Source: Giardia intestinalis
Lineage: Eukaryota
Assembly (NCBI GenBank): GCA_000002435.2
Contig: CM018789.1
Length of the DNA: 64,000 nt
Direction: 5' to 3' (one strand)
Each line of letters starts with the position of its first letter. The first letter of the stretch is position 1. Made by a program: the position numbers and the translations under genes. Below are positions 58,783 through 64,000 of the stretch, one piece after another. The notes below the pieces were generated by a model that saw only the letters and a list, made by a program, of their open reading frames with translations, searched no databases and was not told the DNA's origin.

Positions 58783-60687
58783 ATGGACTTTGATCAGGCA
58801 CAACAGATACCGTCAGCAGTGGGGCCTGTTGGCATTCTGTCAGTCGAGCAGTACACAAGCCTCATTGAGTCTTATACATCAGTCTTAAACCCCCATGACG
58901 GAACACTTGTGTCAACGTGTCCGTCCATTAAAGTCCTTTCTCTACGGATCGAGGATACGAAGGTTCCAAACCCAAGGCTTTATTTCTGCATAGACAGCGA
59001 TGTGGAGGGCGTTCGCCAGACGACACTGGCTTTGCATTTAGAAACGCTGCAGAACCTCTGGAGGGCATTAAAAACGGTCTTCCACAAGACAATGGTGGCC
59101 GTACCGATTCTTCCACCCGAGATATCATCGAAGTCCTACTTAAGCTCTCGGTTTATGCGGGGCATTGTCCTTTACCTCGCAGCTCTCCTTCGGCGCTTAC
59201 TATCGCACTCTATCATCAAGCGCCACGAAGTAATGGTGCAGCTATTCACCCGCCACGAAAGCGATGTCTTGCCGATGCTCCAGAAGCTTGCAAATCCAGA
59301 TTTTACACAAGGGCATGCACCAGGGGACGACATCATTAGAAATATAGTAAGTCGGGCACACGGGCATCTCCATAGTAATTTGCACGAGTCTGGCTTAATG
59401 CTTGCCCTCAATCTATCATTACTCTACAACTTTTCCTTGGACGACGCCGCGTTCCTCAAGACAGCCTACTACGGACCCAATTTTGCAAAGCTGATAACAG
59501 ACCGCACAATCACCAAGAGCGCTCTAGCAACCTTTAGAGGGAAAACACGGATTAATGCTGCGTATCTTCAGTCTATTGACCAAGTCTTAGATATGCCAAG
59601 GGGCCAATTCCTCAATACGTTTCTTTATGGACTAATTGATCTAGAGGATTTTCTGTCGCCGAATTTCGGTAAAAAGATCCGCGGGATTTTCCTCAAGCGT
59701 CATCTTATCATAGAGGAGAACCTCAAATCAGCTTATGACAGCGTCAAGCGTCTCTCTGCTTCGGTTGCCGAAATAATAACTGCTGAAACAAGTATTTCAT
59801 CCTCAATGTCAGGACTTGCAGATTCTCTTACCTTTTTATTTGTGTCAGAGACGAAATTTGATGGCGTCCTGGCCGGCCCCGCAACAAACTCAGTGGCGGC
59901 ATGTGTCAATCCACCAACCCAGTCAGACTTCCTCCATACTCAGATAGCTAACCAGTTGCGTGCAGACGTCTATCCACGCTTGGCTGCTTCGTTGGATATC
60001 ATCTCTGCAATGGCTAAGATGGCTACAATGCGCTATGACTACATAATAGTTGGAGAATTTCTCGCTTCTATCCTGAAAAAGAAGGCCAGCGATATTATTT
60101 ACCTAAAGGTCCAGCAGGAGACTATCGGCGATGTTGTACTAATTAACAAAGATGCTGTAAAGAGACAAATAGATGCCATACGCGCATCCGATCTGCATAC
60201 CTTTTCATATGGGATATATAAAGACACCGAAAGAGAGTCTCCCCTGTCCTTGAGTCTTGCTTATGAAAGTGACAAGTCAGAGCTAGAGGGTATTTTAAAT
60301 GCAATAGACGATGAAGCAACGGTTTCCTTTAACAGCTTATGCTCGAGGCTGTCCTTGTCTAGAGCCCAAATAGACTTGTTAGATTCTTTCAGACGCGTTC
60401 ATGCAGCATTTATTGAGCATATCATGTATTCAATTGTTATGGAGTCAAGATTCGTGTATGAGTATCTCTTTTACAAGTGTATGGTATCAGAGTTAATCGT
60501 GCACTCTATGGGCCGCTTATCAGCGATTTTCGGCAGAACGATCCATTTAGAGTCTAACCTGTGGGAGTATTCCGATGAATGGATCAGAAAGACTCGCGGG
60601 CAAGAGACACCATGGCACAAGATAAATGAACTAGACAACGAGCGCTACGAGTTGGAGGTTGACCTGCACAAAGAGCAGGGTCAGTGA
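58783..60687 (+). CDS. Hypothetical protein (634 aa).
   Basis: ATG at 58783 after gcaaaaaattttaaatctcgagagtca. It is transcribed divergently from the VSP across a 425-bp intergenic region. No family recognised. Confidence 0.55.
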   Translation: MDFDQAQQIPSAVGPVGILSVEQYTSLIESYTSVLNPHDGTLVSTCPSIKVLSLRIEDTKVPNPRLYFCIDSDVEGVRQTTLALHLETLQNLWRALKTVFHKTMVAVPILPPEISSKSYLSSRFMRGIVLYLAALLRRLLSHSIIKRHEVMVQLFTRHESDVLPMLQKLANPDFTQGHAPGDDIIRNIVSRAHGHLHSNLHESGLMLALNLSLLYNFSLDDAAFLKTAYYGPNFAKLITDRTITKSALATFRGKTRINAAYLQSIDQVLDMPRGQFLNTFLYGLIDLEDFLSPNFGKKIRGIFLKRHLIIEENLKSAYDSVKRLSASVAEIITAETSISSSMSGLADSLTFLFVSETKFDGVLAGPATNSVAACVNPPTQSDFLHTQIANQLRADVYPRLAASLDIISAMAKMATMRYDYIIVGEFLASILKKKASDIIYLKVQQETIGDVVLINKDAVKRQIDAIRASDLHTFSYGIYKDTERESPLSLSLAYESDKSELEGILNAIDDEATVSFNSLCSRLSLSRAQIDLLDSFRRVHAAFIEHIMYSIVMESRFVYEYLFYKCMVSELIVHSMGRLSAIFGRTIHLESNLWEYSDEWIRKTRGQETPWHKINELDNERYELEVDLHKEQGQ

Positions 60688-60716
60688 TCTCCGCCAGTGA
60701 TCTCTAGCACTTCCTG

Positions 60717-63632
60717 CTATGAGATGTCTTTTCCAAAGACTTCTTGTACAAGTGTGTGCATAAGATTATAGTCTGACATGTGTACTATGTGTGCATCTCG
60801 CCCGGTTCTCCTATCCATTTTTGTGGACCCTTGTAGCATAGGATCCATAACTGATAAATCATACAGAAGCCTCTTTGTGGGCACCTTAGCTACCTTGTCT
60901 AGAAATATGTGATGCTTCTCTTTCTCAGGCCCCTTGCTCTTACCGTCAGGAAGAAGCAGTGCGCTTCTAAAATCAACGTATCCATCTTGGAGAGATGAAA
61001 TCATATAAATAGATTTAAATCGACCGAGATTGCTGTGCTTTGCAAGAATCTCCAGCAGGGGTACGCTGGTCAATTCCTTCAATAGATTGGCATCATGGGG
61101 GACATCCTTCATAAATGGATAGCTATAATACATGCACTCAAGCTGCTTTTTCGTAAGCTTGCCTCCCATAAGCTCTCGTAAGGAGATTTCTTTGCTGTTG
61201 GATGACATCAAGGTCATCCCAAATCTGACAAGCCCGTTACCTCCTTTAGCACCAGCCAGGGGTCCGTTCAGAAAAACGGCTTTATTCAGAAGGTCGAGAA
61301 ATCCAGAAAACGCAGATGATAGGATGCACGCTTCTATGACCAAGCATCCCATACTGTGCCCCACCATATTTATGCGACCTACGTTAGTCTTCCGGGTCTG
61401 GATGTAATCCCTTATCTCTTCAGCTAGCTTAATCCCCAATTCGAGAATGCTACTCTGTGTATGCTCCTGATATGATCTGCTCAGGAGGACATGTGGTTGT
61501 TTGGGAAACCACTGCTTCTGCATCGTGCCGTGAACTATTGCATACTGCATGAGGCAATTAGACATTAGTCGCAAGTCACAGTACGTGCCCCGATAACCGT
61601 GCGCGAACACATAGAGATCCCTGCTCTGTCTCTTCTGTCTAACCAAGTCGGTTATAGATGGTTGCTCCTCTATATTCATAGGCACTGACCGAATGTCCTT
61701 ATGCACATTTTTTGTAAGAGATAGGATAGGAGGAAATGTAAACACACGGGAAGGAGAGTCTGAGCCCCATATTAATTCAATTGGAAAGAGATCATCTCTG
61801 TATCGCTCCACTAACAAGAGTAGACCCTTAGTGGAATTGGTATCTGAAATAGACAAAAGAGAAGGTGGTAGCGATGGAGTCTGGTGCTCTTGGGATACAT
61901 CGTTGAACTTAGCGTTCGATGAAGCCATCGAGTCCTTTATTGTTTTCATCATGGCTAACTCTATATCCGTTCCTTTTCGTTTGGAGTCATCTTTGGGCTC
62001 TAAGACACAAGGAGGAAAGTTGGCAGGACTGGATCCTCTTTTTGCTCTAAAAGCCCTACTCGATGCCTTCTGTCGCTTCTTTTCAGGACCTGAATCTCGC
62101 TCAGCAGAGCTATAAGCGTCCGGTTGTAGGGTATGACTTAGTAAGTGCTTGGCTTTATTTTGTATGGCTTTAAGCTTGATGGTTTCTCGTTCTAGAAGTG
62201 CTTTCATGTAATCCGATGTGTAAAGGTCCACCTTGTCGGGAGAGCAGTTGTGTGTAGATGTATTCAGGGCAGTGGATACAGAGTTAACGCTTTTCTGTTT
62301 AATGATTGGTGCCCGGCGTTCTTGCGGGTCTTCGATGGTAGAGCTGGGCTCGGCAAAGCTTTTACTCTTTGGGGAGTCTTCCAACGATGAGATAGGCAGT
62401 TTTGATTCAAAGTAGTGTGTTAGAGTATCGTAAGCTACCGCTGCAATGGACGCTTCAGAAGATTCTAGAATCAATCTAGTATACTTCTTACACTCCAAAA
62501 AGTATATTGAATCCAACCTTTCTTCAGGTAAAGTGGTATATCTTTGCACATAGGTGTCAAGCAAATTGGAAGTGCCGATATTAGCAATCTTGTTAAGATA
62601 GTAAAGCTTAAAGAAAATAAGAGTCACACGCTTCAATGTTGCAAAGTCAAAACTGTCTGGTGTGGAATTGCACTGAGATAGTATTTTTCTAAGATGCGCA
62701 GGGGTCTCAAGGAACATATGTTCTCTCCCCGAGAGGTTGACTAGGGGGTCTGTTGACATAGGAGGTCCAAGCTCATCTCCTGAGAACCTCAGTGTTACAT
62801 GCACAGGCGTTGAAGATTCCTGAGAAAAAGCTAGATCAATAGTCCTCTGACTAGAATTGAAGATGGCGGAGTTGAGTACCTGGACAGTGTCTGTGACTGT
62901 AGGGACTGGCGCGGACAGCAGGTCATCAAAATCATTTGTTAGTTTCTCCGGAGAAAGGTACTTTCTTGGTTGAGCCTCAGGTATGCTCACCAAATCATCA
63001 TATTGAAGGGTTGTCTCGGTGGAGAACATGAGTTTAAGAAAGGCTGTCAAGCACTCAGGCTTATGAAGCCAAAGGGCTGTGATCTTATCATCTGGGAGAG
63101 CCAGCACCTCTACGGGGTACCAACTAATTATTGTACTCACATGTGAAAAGAAGGTATAGCTTATGTGTTCCGAGAAGCATGTAATGCACGGAAGCAGGAG
63201 AGAATTAAGGCGGTATCTTTTCCTGACAAGCCTCTTGAACGAGGAAAGGGGCAGGTCCGCCTTAGGCGGCATGGTCACCGATTTCCTGGCTTTTCCATAG
63301 AGAGATACCGATATGATGGAAGATGAGTCTATGTTGTAGACGTGGAACAGGGAGAAGCAGAGCTGAACGTTTAAATCTATCAACTGATCTGCATAGCGTA
63401 TTGCAAAAACGGCAGTGCGCATACCGTTCTCATGGTTAGCGGGTGGATACTCTGGATGAAGATATGTATTCGATGTGTTCATAGAAATATACTTATTTGT
63501 CCTAATGGCCAACAAGCCAGGTGGTTGTGGATGTTCAAAAGTTACGGCCAGGAACATGAAACCTTCCGTTACGATATCGATATTTCGTAGTGAATGAAAG
63601 CAGATACTCAAATCCGTCTTAAGGATCTTCAT
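60717..63632 (-). CDS. Putative serine esterase/lipase of the DUF676 (FAM135-like) family.
   Basis: The C-terminal third contains LYVFAHGYRGTYCDLRLM (cf. DUF676 VVLVHGL.G...DLR) and the GXSXG nucleophile elbow in INMVGHSMGCLVIEAC. The large N-terminal region is as in FAM135 proteins. ATG confirmed at 63632..63630. Confidence 0.55.
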   Translation of the reverse strand: MKILKTDLSICFHSLRNIDIVTEGFMFLAVTFEHPQPPGLLAIRTNKYISMNTSNTYLHPEYPPANHENGMRTAVFAIRYADQLIDLNVQLCFSLFHVYNIDSSSIISVSLYGKARKSVTMPPKADLPLSSFKRLVRKRYRLNSLLLPCITCFSEHISYTFFSHVSTIISWYPVEVLALPDDKITALWLHKPECLTAFLKLMFSTETTLQYDDLVSIPEAQPRKYLSPEKLTNDFDDLLSAPVPTVTDTVQVLNSAIFNSSQRTIDLAFSQESSTPVHVTLRFSGDELGPPMSTDPLVNLSGREHMFLETPAHLRKILSQCNSTPDSFDFATLKRVTLIFFKLYYLNKIANIGTSNLLDTYVQRYTTLPEERLDSIYFLECKKYTRLILESSEASIAAVAYDTLTHYFESKLPISSLEDSPKSKSFAEPSSTIEDPQERRAPIIKQKSVNSVSTALNTSTHNCSPDKVDLYTSDYMKALLERETIKLKAIQNKAKHLLSHTLQPDAYSSAERDSGPEKKRQKASSRAFRAKRGSSPANFPPCVLEPKDDSKRKGTDIELAMMKTIKDSMASSNAKFNDVSQEHQTPSLPPSLLSISDTNSTKGLLLLVERYRDDLFPIELIWGSDSPSRVFTFPPILSLTKNVHKDIRSVPMNIEEQPSITDLVRQKRQSRDLYVFAHGYRGTYCDLRLMSNCLMQYAIVHGTMQKQWFPKQPHVLLSRSYQEHTQSSILELGIKLAEEIRDYIQTRKTNVGRINMVGHSMGCLVIEACILSSAFSGFLDLLNKAVFLNGPLAGAKGGNGLVRFGMTLMSSNSKEISLRELMGGKLTKKQLECMYYSYPFMKDVPHDANLLKELTSVPLLEILAKHSNLGRFKSIYMISSLQDGYVDFRSALLLPDGKSKGPEKEKHHIFLDKVAKVPTKRLLYDLSVMDPMLQGSTKMDRRTGRDAHIVHMSDYNLMHTLVQEVFGKDIS

Positions 63633-64000
63633 TTGGAGTTATAGACGCTTACTTAGGAGATTGGATTTTCAAGCAATGTAAATCTTTTATTAAATTTTGT
63701 ACCAAATGCTGTTCTCATGATCATTCTATCGTGACAAAATCCTTAGATTCTGGGCTACACTGAACTGCCTCTTGTCGTCTACTGTCCACACAAGATGACA
63801 TACTCTTGAGTATTCTTGAATTAACACTAAAACGAGCCTCCGACAGTTAGAGATAAGATATCACTGATTGGATTCACTGATTTAGCTTGTTCCACTGCCT
63901 ATTTGCTTAGCTATAACAAGGAAGAGAAATATACACGAGAATGTGGTCGTGCTCTGCTTACAGTTGACACTCTCTATAGAGCCAGAAACAGAGGGCCTCT

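Noticed and set aside
1-64000. Prokaryote-style features: CRISPR arrays, operons, rho-independent terminators, IS elements.
   Set aside because: The sequence is eukaryotic. The VSP, tRNA without encoded CCA, Rab, PAK and ELP3 all point to Giardia. I found no direct-repeat/spacer arrays and no transposase with a catalytic domain.

Overview
This 64-kb window is a gene-dense, apparently intron-free segment of a eukaryotic nuclear genome, almost certainly Giardia intestinalis (lamblia) or a very close relative. Three things support that. At 56459..58357 (-) there is a cysteine-rich surface protein with many CXXC motifs, a GGCY motif, a C-terminal transmembrane helix and the invariant VSP tail ...CRGKA. 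The Giardia polyadenylation signal AGTRAAY sits 10-50 nt downstream of several stop codons. Intergenic regions are very short (14-300 bp), with AT-rich initiator-like sequence directly upstream of ATGs and several 40-70 bp bidirectional promoters; overall GC is about 49%.

About 35 protein-coding genes on both strands can be supported. Several are recognisable from motifs I know:
- FCF1/UTP24 PIN-domain rRNA-processing protein.
- ELP3 (radical-SAM plus HAT).
- FKBP12.
- Two tandem PP2A-family phosphatase catalytic subunits.
- A Rab2-like GTPase.
- A PAK kinase with two CRIB motifs.
- An ankyrin-repeat protein and a WD40 protein.
- A BPI/LBP-like secreted protein.
- An ataxin-10-like protein.
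- A DUF676/FAM135-like esterase.
- A paired/Tc1-like HTH protein.
- Several long coiled-coil proteins, which are typical of Giardia.

The most unusual structure is a near-perfect 1.3-kb inverted duplication (49780..51076 and 53990..55286). Each arm carries a tRNA-Leu(AAG). The arms flank a 2.9-kb AT-rich island encoding the BPI-like secreted protein. Immediately beyond this are a GC-rich block with strongly GC3-skewed codons and a VSP gene.

Two caveats. The supplied ORF track uses GTG/TTG as starts, so I moved most CDS starts to the first in-frame ATG. Coordinates I derived by hand are accurate to a few nt only.
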